A stretch of DNA of 63,824 nt, the filler included, from Octopus bimaculoides (Eukaryota): assembly GCF_001194135.2 (NCBI RefSeq). It is 10 parts of 9 records of this genome, joined end to end, with 100 filler letters (N's around TTAATTAATTAA, not from the genome) between each part and the next. Parts side by side here need not be neighbours in the genome. Positions count along the whole stretch, not along the records: positions 11,875 to 36,205 come from NC_069008.1; 9 more parts are not named here. One strand, given 5' to 3'. The notes beneath the pieces were generated by a model, which worked only from the letters and a program-made list of their open reading frames with translations, ran no database searches and was not told where the DNA came from. Below are positions 12,425-24,916 of the stretch, in pieces (within the stretch, counting starts at the first letter, position 1; each line of letters begins with the position of its first letter). The position numbers and the translations under genes are program-made.

Positions 12425-13231
12425 ATGTATGTCAGAAGACCAATAGCAGGTCATGTGTTGTACATGTAGGTGTGAAATGTGCCACAAATGGGGACAGCAA
12501 GTGTGAAGACAAAAGTTGTGGGTCAGTAGAGAGCAGTCGCTATATTTCATTTCATGTCAGCTACCTCTGATGAGCATAGGGATGTATAATCGGACTGTTA
12601 CCTAACATTTCATTATACCCTTAGTATGAAACCAATTGGTAAGATTGACCTTGATGTATATATAATACTGTACACTTCGGACATATATATATATATATAT
12701 AATAATACAAGGAATATATATACATGTATACACACATATATGTACATACTTACATCTACATGTGTATATATATGCATATCAGGGTACAGGACGTTAGAAC
12801 AATAAACTACAGACAACGGAACGAACACATAGGAAAACGGAAAGCCACTTGGAATATCCCTTCATCAGCTGTCTCTATTCTATCTAGACGTTTCGAATTT
12901 AAAAACATATAAAAACGGCAAACAGGCATAGATGAATGCCAACTACTCATCAGTTATTCGGTCAGAGGATCCATCACAATTTTTGTGCCTAACCAGCGAA
13001 ATGTTTTTCAGGCTGGATACAAACTTTCAGTCAATGTTATTGTTTCTGCTGGTCAGTTGATTGCATTTAGAAAGGTATTCTGAGCAGAGACAGGGTTAAT
13101 CATGAGATTCACACAAACATATATATACACACATATAGATAATACAACAATTGAATACTTTGTCACTTGATAAAGTAAAAACATATAGGCATGTATGTAT
13201 GTATGTATTTACATATACAAACATTAAATAA

Positions 13232-13292
<61 letters not shown>

Positions 13293-14872
13293 AATATACA
13301 TACATGTACTTATACATAGATATATGTATATATTCACATACGTATACAAACACATATACATGTGTGTGAATGCAAGCATGCGTGTGTGTGTGTGTGTGTG
13401 TTGCACCCCCTTTTCAAAAGAACGCAAAAAACAATTGTTTTCATTTGTGAGAAAGATGAAAGTGGTATAGAATAAGAAATAGGAAGCGACAGAGATGAAC
13501 GAGGTATGAAATATACATGTGTGTGTGTATGTGCATGTACATACATGTATATATAAAACATTTTCACACACACACACACACACACGCACATATTCGCACA
13601 AGCGTCATAAATACACATGCACTTATAGGTGGAGCATGTTTTGACCTACAAATGGGGAAATATTCCAGCAAAGCTGAACGCAAGACTGAAAGAAGAAAGC
13701 AAAGAAAGTCTGAAATCTTCCTCATAAAAAAAACAAAAAAAAACAAAACAAACACTGATGAATACAGCCATATGTTAGTAAATCATGGAACAGATTACAG
13801 ACTAATCACTTAATACAAAGTAGAAAGGATATAGAAAGAGTAAAACACCAACTCAACCATCCATCCAGTATTATAATTTTAAAAAACAAAAAAATAAACA
13901 TTATCAATATTAACATAAAAACTATTTGTTGTTCACATAATACCTTTTATAGTTTACTTGTTTCAGTCACTAGACTTCGACCATGCAGGGCACACCATTT
14001 CAAAGAGTTCATTTGAATAAATCCGCCCCCATCCAACAGTTTTTTTTTGTTCATTTTTTCTCCTTAACCACACAGCCATGCCTCAACATCTCATCTCTTT
14101 CTCACAAAGAGTTTATGCTTGAAATATTAGGCTTTGTGGCATAAAATATATCCCAGTTTCAGATATGTATTTTACTTTATTTCAACACAGAACAGCTAGG
14201 TCTGTGAGTATCTGTTTTGTGCATGTGAAACATCACCTCACAATCCCAGCAGACAAAATGGAAGAGGCGTTGTCCCAGAGGGTGGTGAGGGAGATGCACT
14301 GGAACAACCATTCTGACTCATGAGGCTCACACTTGAAGATAGCCCTCTCTGCTCCACTAGCAGTGAACAGGGATATGGTCCAGGAACCAAGAATGCTGGA
14401 GGTGTCCAGTGACACAAACTCAACCATAAACCCATCACAGAGAGGTGGGTACTTTGAGAGTTTGCCTTTCTCAGCCTGACAAGTAGTGGAGCCTGAGGTG
14501 ATAGCTGAACACACCGAGTTGCCACTGGACAAGGTGGCATCCCAGATGAGGAGCCTGCCACTATCAAGACATAAATGTAACACCAGCCACCCAATCCAAA
14601 AACAACACCCACACACACAAAAAGACCTCTATATAGTACACACCACTCTACTAGATTCCGCTTGAAAGTAATTAGAAAACCAGAAGTTATAGAAAAAAAA
14701 AAACACTTGTGCAAATTTCCATGCATTTCGCTCAAATCTGGAACTATACCAAAACTGCAAAGAGAAGTGGTCTCCACAAGGTGCATTACAGGATACCTAT
14801 CAAAAAGAGCAGTATTTCCAAATATGAAACAGAGAGGACTCTTTCATACTTCTCCTACAAATCAACCTTTCT

Positions 14873-15075
14873 CATTTCTTTATTGCCTACAAGGGGCTAA
14901 ACATAGAGGGGACAAACAAGGACGTCGATTACATCGACCCCAGTGCATAACTGGTACTTTATTTATCGACCCCGAAAGGATGAAAGGTAAAGTCGACCTC
15001 GGCGGAATTTGAGCTCAGAACGTAACGGCAGACGAAATACCGCTAAGCATTTCGCCCGGCGTGCTAACGTTTCTG
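14873..15075 (-). mobile_element. SINE family B1, slightly 5'-truncated, with a ~16-bp TSD
   Basis: ACAAATCAACCTTTCT (14857-14872) and ACAGATCAACCTTTCT (15076-15091). Confidence 0.85.
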
Positions 15076-15944
15076 ACAGATCAACCTTTCTAGTGCTTGA
15101 ACCATGATAAAATGCTCTCAATTTACTCTGAGCAGTGATTGACGATACAAAGGGCAGCCAGCAGTGTAAACCATGCCAAAAGTAGAATAAGTTTATTGAG
15201 AAACCAATGGAGAGAGCACATTATGTGGTAGAAAGAGAGAGAAAGCAAGGAGAGTAAAGTAGTTAATTTATATACAGTGTGCACTGCAAGACATTGCTTT
15301 TGCGATGCAAGTTTCATCTTAACTACAGAACTATGATGGCAACGTACATATATTATTCACATAGGAAATTAAATTTTCCTTTGGAAAATAGCTGTTCTGA
15401 TGGCTAATAATAACAAATAATAAATTCTTCCACTCCTCCTTTTCATATACTACTTATAAAGAAAACAAAATAAACTATCTGTTACTCTACACTAAAGAAG
15501 CACAGATGCAGAAACAAGTCTGTTTATAGATGTAGAGTAAAAAGAAAAATATATATATATATAAGAGTCACTTAAAAAGGAAAAAAAAAAATACAATATT
15601 TTTTACTTCACTAATTTCCCTTCTTTACATGGAAAAAATGGATATATTCGGTGAACACAGTTCTTCAGAGAAATAAGGAATGCAACAGCTGCCATAATAA
15701 GAGAAAGTCAAACATGACATTTGTCATGGTGTGGGAGACAAACTGTCATGAATCTACAAGAAAACAACACCATGTGTCTATGTGCAGCCAACTCGTCTCA
15801 ATGAGTCACACAAACACACATGGAAGAGGGCCTCTATGTGGTAACTTGGGGTGTTAAAAATAGCAGTCAAGTCTTTCATAGCTCCTGTTATTTCAAGAAA
15901 GGAAGGGCATACTAGACAATGTAGACTTGGATGAAGTATAGTTA

Positions 15945-16265
15945 ATCGTTTACTTGTTTCAGTCATTAGACTGTGACCATGCTGGGGCACTGCTTTGAAG
16001 GATTTAGTTAAACAAATCAATCCGAGTACTTTTTTTTTTTAAGCCTGGTACTTATATCAGTTGTTTTTGCCAAACCACTAAGTCACAGGGATGTAAACAA
16101 ACCAACACCAGTTGTCAAGAGGTGGGAATAAAGACAAAGACAGACAGACACACGACAGGTTCCTTCCAGTTTCCGTCTATCAAGACTTTAGTTGACCCAG
16201 GGCTATAGTAGAAGTCACCCAAGGTGCCACAAAGTAGGACTAAACTCAGAGTCATGTGGTTACAG
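15945..16265 (-). mobile_element. SINE family A, old diverged copy
   Basis: TTACTTGTTTCAGTCATT tail and GGCTATAGTAGAAG...CCCAAGGTGCCAC head in reverse orientation. Confidence 0.7.
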
Positions 16266-17284
16266 AAGTAAAAAATAGACATAGACAAGATAGTCACAAC
16301 TGGAGTGACTGATCATAAATATGCTGAAACAGGTAAGGGGAGAGGGGAGTGATTTAGGGGCTAAGCGACATCACTATCAAGACTAGAACTAGCAGACAAG
16401 GGAACTGCTTCATGTACAACCAACTTGCATTAATGAATCATCTAAAGAAAAGGGGAGGAGGCACTATGTGATAAGTGAGGCTAGATATATCAGTCAATTC
16501 TCTTGAAACTCCTATTTATTACCTTAAGAAAGGAAGGGCATATTAGTAATAGATAATGTAGACGAGATAAAGCACGTTAAAATATACAGGACTGTCACCT
16601 ATGGAGTGGCTTTGATGATTGGTATGCTCAACTGAAGTTGGTGTGGGGGGTTAAGTAACTCCTGCCACCAACACTAGGACTAACCAACATAGGGAACCTT
16701 TTCATGATGGTTCAGAAAAAAAATCTGCATGACTGTCACCGGTGGAGTGACTTTGATCACTGGTATGTCCAACAGAGGTTGAACTGGGGTGGGGATTAAG
16801 TAACCTCACCATTAATGCTAAAACTAGCCAACATAGAGAACCTCTTCATGACGGTTCAACCTTAGAGTAAAGCTGCCAAACAGCCCCTCAAATCACATCA
16901 ACCCTACAGTCTATAAAATAAGGGTGGTATTAAAATAATATAATTATACAGAATTTGATCTCGAACAAAAACACAGGATAGTCAAAGATAGAATGTCATG
17001 CTTAAACAATTGAACCAATACAATGAACTGAAAGAAAGCGTTTCACATAGGTGTATCATATTAAGAATCAGATTATGCAATTCCAGTCACGGCCAGATAC
17101 CTTTCATTTGCTACTGACCCACTTGTGTGTGTTTTAACACTATATGTCTATACAAGATGCCTTCTCGAGATAAATGCTGCCGTTTTGTGGCTTTCTGTAT
17201 GCATATCCACATCAAGTAAGACATACAGAACGCTACAAACAGACAGACACACACACACACACATTATATATATATATATGATAG

Positions 17285-17455
17285 ATCGCTAGCCACTACA
17301 CATTCTTTACTTTCTCTCCTCGTTTCTTTCTGTGGAAGAGCATAGCCTCGAAACATTAAAGACTCTTTCACTTCTGGAGCGTCAAACTAATACATCTGTT
17401 TGTTGTCTACACCACCCGTCTTCATCTTTTGTTTTTTTTTGTGAATTCTCCCCCT
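17285..17455 (+). mobile_element. Probable Penelope-like element terminal-repeat relic
   Basis: Degenerate hammerhead-like core CTGTGGAAGAGCATAGCCTCGAAACATT, then AAACTAATACA..TG..TT.GTT. A related copy lies at about 43425-43555. Confidence 0.45.
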
Positions 17456-17468
17456 ATATATGTATATA

Positions 17469-18146
17469 CGAGGGTGAGTCAAAAAGTAATGCCATTTTGT
17501 TTAGGACAGGTATAACTACCAACACAGGAACATGCATCATACATCAAAATGAAGCTGGTCCTCTGTGGATCACATCCCTACTTCTCAACATAGTCACCAT
17601 TTCTCTCAATAGCAATGTTCCACCTTAGAATGAGAGCATGTATCCCTGCCAGGTAAAATTCTGTTGACTGTTCTTTGAGCCACTTCTTCACTACAGTTTT
17701 CACTTCCTCGTCACTGGACTATCATCTCTTTGGCCCCATAAAAGAGGGTTTGAGAGGCAAACATTATTCCAGTGATGAGGAAGTGAAAACTGTAGTGAAG
17801 AAGTGGCNNNNNNNNNNNNNNNNNNNNNNNNNNNNNNNNNNNNNNNNNNNNNNNNNNNNNNNNNNNNNNNNNNNNNNNNNNNNNNAGGACCAGCTTCATT
17901 TTGATGTATGATACATGTTCCTGTGTTGGTAATTATCTCAAATAAGTCAAGGGAATTTTGCGGGGGCAGGGATACATGCTCTCATTCGAAGGTGGAACAT
18001 TGCTATTGAGAGAAACGGTGACTATGTTGAGAAGTAGGGATGTGATCCACAGAGGACCAGCTTCATTTTGATGTATGATACATGTTCCTGTGTTGGTAAT
18101 TATACCTGTCCTAAACAAAATGGCATTACTTTTTGACTCACCTTCA
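17469..18146. mobile_element. Mariner-derived fold-back element built from two inverted right ends
   Basis: TA|CGAGGGTGAGTCAAAAAGTAATGCC...GGCATTACTTTTTGACTCACCTTCA|TA. Both arms encode the mariner transposase C-terminus (DYHLFGPIKEGLRGKHYSSDEEVKTVVKKW...RWNIAIERNGDYVEK*). Contains an N-gap at 17808-17885. Confidence 0.85.
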
Positions 18147-18159
18147 TACATATATATAG

Positions 18160-18368
18160 GTCTCAAACTTTGGCACAAGGCTGGCAATTTCATAGGAGGA
18201 GCTAAGTTAATTATCTCATACCCAGTGCTCAACTGGTACCCATATAATCAACTCTGGAAGGATGAAAGATAAAGTCGACCTCGGTGAAATATGAACTCAG
18301 AGTGTAGAGACAATTGAAACACCACTAAATGTTTTGCCCAGCATTTTAACGATTCAGCCAGCTCACTA
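18160..18368 (-). mobile_element. SINE family B2, diverged
   Basis: TTTGGCACAAGGCTGGCAATTTC...AAAGTCGACCTCGG...ACGATTCAGCCAGCTC. Confidence 0.65.
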
Positions 18369-18838
18369 CCCATCTATATGTGTGTATGTATAATTTTTTA
18401 TAGGGAGAGAGTTCCCCTGGAACACAGAATTTGTTTTAAAGGCTCCCCAACTCAAAAAAAAAAGTAAAAAAGTAAAAATAAAGTTTGGGGAACACGGCCG
18501 GCCACTGTAGATAGTTTTCATTAGCATTACGAAATGGAAACATTGACAATTGTAACAAAATGTGGGATAGTTACAACTAGAATGTCTTTTTATGAAAAGG
18601 CCTTAACAACAACTGGGCCAGTACAATGGACCCTATACAACTTATCTCAAGTATAAAGTGAAAACATTCTCAATTGAAAATGAAAATGATTGCTTAGTGT
18701 AGTTATTTACATAACAGTGGAGTCACATACCATGAGCTAATATATCACTCTCCTCTCACTCTCTCTCTTCTAGATTCTGTTTCCTTTTTAATGTTATTTA
18801 CTTTTTTTTTTGTCATAACTAACAATTAACAGTATTCA

Positions 18839-18901
<63 letters not shown>

Positions 18902-18957
18902 AGAGAACTTGCTGTACATGAGTGGCTCTGAAATGTTGTCACATGGATAAACCATAT

Positions 18958-18999
<42 letters not shown>

Positions 19000-19011
19000 A
19001 TATGCCCATAC

Positions 19012-19060
<49 letters not shown>

Positions 19061-19157
19061 TACATATATTTATCGTATAAAAAGTGCTAGAAACCATTGA
19101 AATACTTTTCTTTATGTCTTGTTAGTATTAATTTCATATACACACAAATAAATACCG

Positions 19158-19375
19158 GTTTCAAATTTTGGTACAAGGCCATCAAGTTTATGGGAGGGAG
19201 CACATCAATTATATAAAACCCCAGTGCTAAACTGGTACTAATTTTATTGACCCCCTAGAAAGACGAAAGGCAAAAATCAACCTAGGAGGAATTTGAACCC
19301 AGAAAATAGAGACCAAACAAGATGGTGTTAAGCATTTTACCTGGCAAGCTAATGTTTCTGCCAGTTCACCATCCT
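19158..19375 (-). mobile_element. SINE family B2, diverged
   Basis: TTTCAAATTTTGGTACAAGGCC...CCCCAGTGCTAAACTGGTAC...TTTCTGCCAGTTCACC. Confidence 0.6.
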
Positions 19376-19383
19376 ATATACAT

Positions 19384-19420
<37 letters not shown>

Positions 19421-20698
19421 GAGAAAGAGAGAGAGCGAGAGAGAGAGAGAGTCAACCCATAAATAATACAGTTTTTTTTATACTTCTTTTATTTTTCAAA
19501 ATTAAGACGAAGTTCTTTTTTAATCTAAAATATACTCTCATTTTCTACAATGCTCTTCCATCTATCTGGTCAACTTGCATGGCCCCCTCTTCTGTTCAAG
19601 TTCAAGTATGTATATCTATGTCTACAATATAACAGATATGCGGTTACATACTAACATCAAGAAATCGTTACAGAAATAATATAATTTGTGAAACAAGTCT
19701 ATTTTTATAAAACTGAATAGAAAATATTAAAATTGACAATCTGAGCATCAACTGTTGCAGGTGGATGATACAAGCCAACAAGGGGAACATTTACATGGAC
19801 TTTCAACCTGCTAGAAGTAGCAGTCACAATACCTTTCATCTCAGAATCTAAAGCCTTAAATAATTTTTTTTTTTTTAATGAATGGGGACCATATTGGATA
19901 AAATAGTTTCAGATACACTCTGGATAAAAGATGGGATGGTCACAAATGGAACACTTTTGGTCATACACATATACTGGATCAAATAGGTCAACAACATCTT
20001 CATCTATATATGGTATGGAAGGTCAAACCAGGGGGTGACAGTTGAGAAGATGGCTAAACAAGGCGTTCTGCAATGTATCAAACACAGAACTTGGTGACCG
20101 CAAAGCAAATATCTTAATCACGTTGTTATAGGCGGAATGTCTACTTTTCCATGTTTGCATGGGTCACATGACAGTATGTTGGGGACAGAGTTTCTAAGGC
20201 CAGATGCCCTTCCCAATTTTTAATTTTTTTTTTTTTTTTTTTGCAAATGAGATAATTATTCTTCTGTCTACTGAACAATAAAATAGCCTTATGTGTGTTA
20301 TGCAGTGAACTGGAAACAAATGACACCAGCTGAATGAGCCTTTTGTTTATGAAGATCTCACACACATATATACACATATATACACACACACATAATATAT
20401 ATATGAATATATGTATATGAGAAAAGAGGAGGAAGGAGGAGTCTTGAGAGGAGGAGAGAAATAGGCAGAGGGAGAGAGAAGGCTGAGATANNNNNNNNNN
20501 NNNNNNNNNNNNNNNNNNNNNNNNNNNNNNNNNNNNNNNNNNNNNNNNNNNNNNNNNNNNNNNNNNNNNNNNNNNNNNNNNNNNNNNNNNNNNNNNNNNN
20601 NNNNNNNNNNNNNNNNNNNNNNNNNNNNNNNNNNNNNNNNNNNNNNNNNNNNNNNNNNNNNNNNNNNNNNNNNNNNNNNNNNNNNNNNNNNNNNNNNN

Positions 20699-20747
<49 letters not shown>

Positions 20748-21609
20748 TCTTTCAGTTTCTGCCTGCTAAATACAAGACACTTGTCCTAGGTGACCACAGG
20801 GTGGGATTGAACCTGATCAAATCAGCCACACAGTCATGCCTGCACCGGGCTGCCTTTTGAGGCCCCATGAATAGAAACTACATCCAGGACTCCACGAGAC
20901 AAAATTAAGGACACGAGAGGCGAACTGGTTGCAGTGGGATTAAGATTGTGTTAAAGGCAGGAGAAGAATTTCATTGATTGAAGATATCTTACAGGTTGGG
21001 AATGCCAAGTGGAAAAGTGAATGAATAAATGCAGGGTGGGAGTGTGTGCGACAGAGGGAGAATGAGGGGGGGGAGGAAACGGGTGAATGAATGTATGTGT
21101 AGGTGTGAATGTGTGTACGTGCACGCTAGAAGAAGAATATTGTTGCTAACAAAGGTTCTGACTGTGTGTGTGTGTGTATGCATATATTTGAGTGCATATC
21201 TGAGAGAGAGAATTTGTGTGTGCGCGTGTGTGTATGCACAACTGTATATATATACACAAATAGACACACACACATTCACACAGACATATACGTACATAGA
21301 CACACATACACACTAACATATATACTCACAAACACTCACACGTATGCACATGTCCTGAGCAGTACTTGCACTGCAAACAGAAGGAAATGTTTATTTAACT
21401 ATAAAACATTATGGTTTATAAAAACCAAGTTAGTTGAATGCTTGCCTCGACAACGCCCATTTCATCAAGGCAAAATAACAACCACTTATCTTGTTGTCAT
21501 TGTCATTTTTGTCCTGTTCCCCTTAGCTTACCATAATCCAAATGTACCCCTCCCCATTAGAAATTTGCGTTAAAATCATCTCAAAAGAAGAATATTTTCT
21601 CTTTTATTT

Positions 21610-21962
21610 CTCTTTTATCTTTTACTTGTTTCAGTCATTTGACTGCAGCCATGCTGGGGTACCGCCTTTAGTCGAGCAAATTGACCCCGGTAATTATTCT
21701 TTGTAAACCTAGTACTTATTCTATCGGTCTCTTTTTGCCGAACCGCTAAGTTACGGGGACATAAACACACCAACATCGGTTGTCAAGCAATGCTAGGGGG
21801 ACAAACACAGACACGACGGGCTTCTTTCAGTTTCCGTCTACCAAATCCACTCACAAGGCTTTGGTTGGCCCGAGGCTATAGTAGAAGACACTTGCCCAAG
21901 ATGCCACACAGCGGGACTGAACCCGGAACCATGTAGTTGGTAAGCAAGCTACTTACCACACA
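21610..21962 (-). mobile_element. SINE family A, near full length, central microsatellite absent
   Basis: Reverse complement of the 28175 copy, with the 3' and 5' halves joined at AGACACGACGGGC. Confidence 0.85.
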
Positions 21963-22350
21963 ACCAAGTGTTGCTATTGTTCGTTTCACCCGAAACCTGC
22001 ACCCTGATCTAATGGAATGTATGATCAAAAATTGTTCCAGGCATGACCATCTCATTTATTTTTCTCGTATATCAGTGACTTAATGACTACATTCCCCAAT
22101 ACATCAGTTTTTTTTTTCTTTTTTAATTGAAGCAAGTCAATTTGACAGCAATTTCTCCCACGTCTATTTACCATGTTGAGGTCTCCTTCATTAACACAAT
22201 ATATATATTCTCTCTTTCCTTTCCTGAGCGTCCAATAATACTATCCATATCACGTCCTCATTTTGTTGTTTTTTTGTTTTTTTTGTTATTGTTTTTNNNN
22301 NNNNNNTCCTCATTTTGTTGTTTTTTTGTTTTTTTTGTTATTGTTTTTTT

Positions 22351-22391
<41 letters not shown>

Positions 22392-22741
22392 CAATCACAC
22401 ACACACAAGTGAGTAAGTAGGCTGTGATTTGAGAGGGATGTAGCTGCTATTTTTGAAAGGGCTTAGTAACGGTGTAGAGGTCACCCTTGTTGGCTCATGC
22501 ATATGTACATGCATAAGATAGAAAGGTGCGATCTGAGATGTGACTGCTATTTCTACAGGTCTGCTGACCATGAAGCGGTCACCCACATTGGCGCACATGC
22601 ACACAGAATGGACTCCTTTCAGTTTCCACCAATCAAATTCGTTCACAAGGGATTTGATGGCCCAGCTCAATAGCAGAACACTTGTCCAAATAATTCACAG
22701 TTCAACTGACCCTAAAGACACATGACAGAGGAGCAGAACGG

Positions 22742-22860
22742 TTAACCCTTTAGCATTCAGATTATTTTGTCAAACATAACACTTATTCATTCAAATTGTT
22801 TTAAATCAATCATATATTATCTTGTGGCTTTGATATTTTGATGAAGTGATTGTATATCTG
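22742..22860 (+). mobile_element. piggyBac-type MITE left terminus
   Basis: TTAA|CCCTTTAGCATT: TTAA target plus CCC start. A matching inverted end lies at 29386-29401. Confidence 0.45.
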
Positions 22861-23362
22861 TGTGTGTGTTTGCTTGCCCCCCCCCCCCACACACACACTA
22901 TCGCTTGACAACTAGTGTTGGTGTGTTCATGTCCCTATAACTTAGCAGTTCAGCAAAAGAGACTAGGCTTAAAAAAAAAAAGTTCTGGAATCAATTTGTT
23001 TGACTAAAACCCCCTTTAAGGCAGCGCTCCAGTATGGCCGCAGTCAAGTGACTGAAACAAGTCAAAGAATAAATGCATGCAACGAGAAAGTCATTATGCC
23101 TTTGAATGGTGTCACAACCACCATATCTGTGTGTGTGTGTGTGTGTGTGTGAGTGAGTGAATGGACAAATGAAAGAAAGAGGCACCCAACACATTTAATA
23201 GGAGCTACGTGCACCATTATAAATAAAGTTCGATTCAGCTTCATGTGACTTAGCTGTGCAGACCTTGTTACAGAAAATTTCATGGGGGCTGAATCAAACC
23301 ATTTTCAATAACAATAATAATATACATGTATGCATGTGTACATATATATATATGTATATATA

Positions 23363-23720
23363 GGCGCAGGAGTGGCTGTGTGGTAGGTAGCTAGCTTACC
23401 AACCACATGGTTCTGGGTTCAGTCCCACTGCGTGGCACCTTGGGTGAGTGTCTTCTACTATAGCCTCGGGCCGACCAAAGCCTTGTGAGTGGATTTGGTA
23501 GACGGAACTTGAAAGAAGCCCGTCGTATATATGTATATATATATATATACATATATACGACAGGCTTCTTTCAGTTTCCGTCTACCAAATCCACTCACAA
23601 GGCTTTGGTCGGCCCGAGGCTATAGTCGAAGACACTTGCCCAAGATGCCACGCAGTGGGACTGAACCCGGGACCATGTGGTTGGTAAGCAAGCTACTTAC
23701 CACACAGCCACTCCTACGCC
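23363..23720. mobile_element. Inverted dimer of SINE A 5' halves around (TA)n
   Basis: Arms at 23363-23527 (+) and 23556-23720 (-), roughly 90% complementary by eye. Confidence 0.85.
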
Positions 23721-24105
23721 TATACATATATATATATATTNNNNNNNNNNNNNNNNNNNNNNNNNNNNNNNNNNNNNNNNNNNNNNNNNNNNNNNNNNNN
23801 NNNNNNNNNNNNNNNNNNNNNNNNNNNNNNNNNNNNNNNNNNNNNNNNNNNNNNNNNNNNNNNNNNNNNNNNNNNNNNNNNNNNNNNNNNNNNNNNNNNN
23901 NNNNNNNNNNNNNNNNNNNNNNNNNNNNNNNNNNNNNNNNNNNNNNNNNNNNNNNNNNNNNNNNNNNNNNNNNNNNNNNNNNNNNNNNNNNNNNNNNNNN
24001 NNNNNNNNNNNNNNNNNNNNNNNNNNNNNNNNNNNNNNNNNNNNNNNNNNNNNNNNNNNNNNNNNNNNNNNNNNNNNNNNNNNNNNNNNNNNNNNNGTAT
24101 ATATA

Positions 24106-24463
24106 GGCGCAGGAGTGGCTGTGTGGTAGGTAGCTAGCTTACCAACCACATGGTTCTGGGTTCAGTCCCACTGCGTGGCACCTTGGGTGAGTGTCTTCTA
24201 CTATAGCCTCGGGCCGACCAAAGCCTTGTGAGTGGATTTGGTAGACGGAACTTGAAAGAAGCCCGTCGTATATATGTATATATATATATATACATATATA
24301 CGACAGGCTTCTTTCAGTTTCCGTCTACCAAATCCACTCACAAGGCTTTGGTCGGCCCGAGGCTATAGTCGAAGACACTTGCCCAAGATGCCACGCAGTG
24401 GGACTGAACCCGGGACCATGTGGTTGGTAAGCAAGCTACTTACCACACAGCCACTCCTACGCC
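24106..24463. mobile_element. Identical second copy of the SINE A inverted dimer
   Basis: Same sequence as 23363-23720, offset by 743 bp across an N-gap. Confidence 0.8.
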
Positions 24464-24916
24464 TATACATATATATATATATTTATATATATTTAAAGTT
24501 TTAAATTTAAGTTTAAGAGAGAGATTTGACGCTAATATCCATTATTATTGTAATTTATTCCTATGTCAACATTTTTGTATAAAGCTATATAAGGAGTCTA
24601 ATTTAGATTTTTTTGCAGTGAAATCTCTTGCTATATTGGTAACGATTGCATGGTTTTCTATGAAAAATTATATATATATATATATTTATATATACGTATA
24701 CAAACACACTAATATGGGTGTGTCTGTACATATGCATTATGCATGCATAAAGGCATATATATCATGTATACGTATGCATGTGTATGATCGTTTATGTTTG
24801 CATATGTGTGCATATGCAGTGTGTGTGTAGGTATTTTCTTTCTATACACTCTTTGTATTTAAATGTGCATTTAGCACTAGAGTCGTAAGTGAGGAATTGT
24901 GTTCATATCATTTGTA

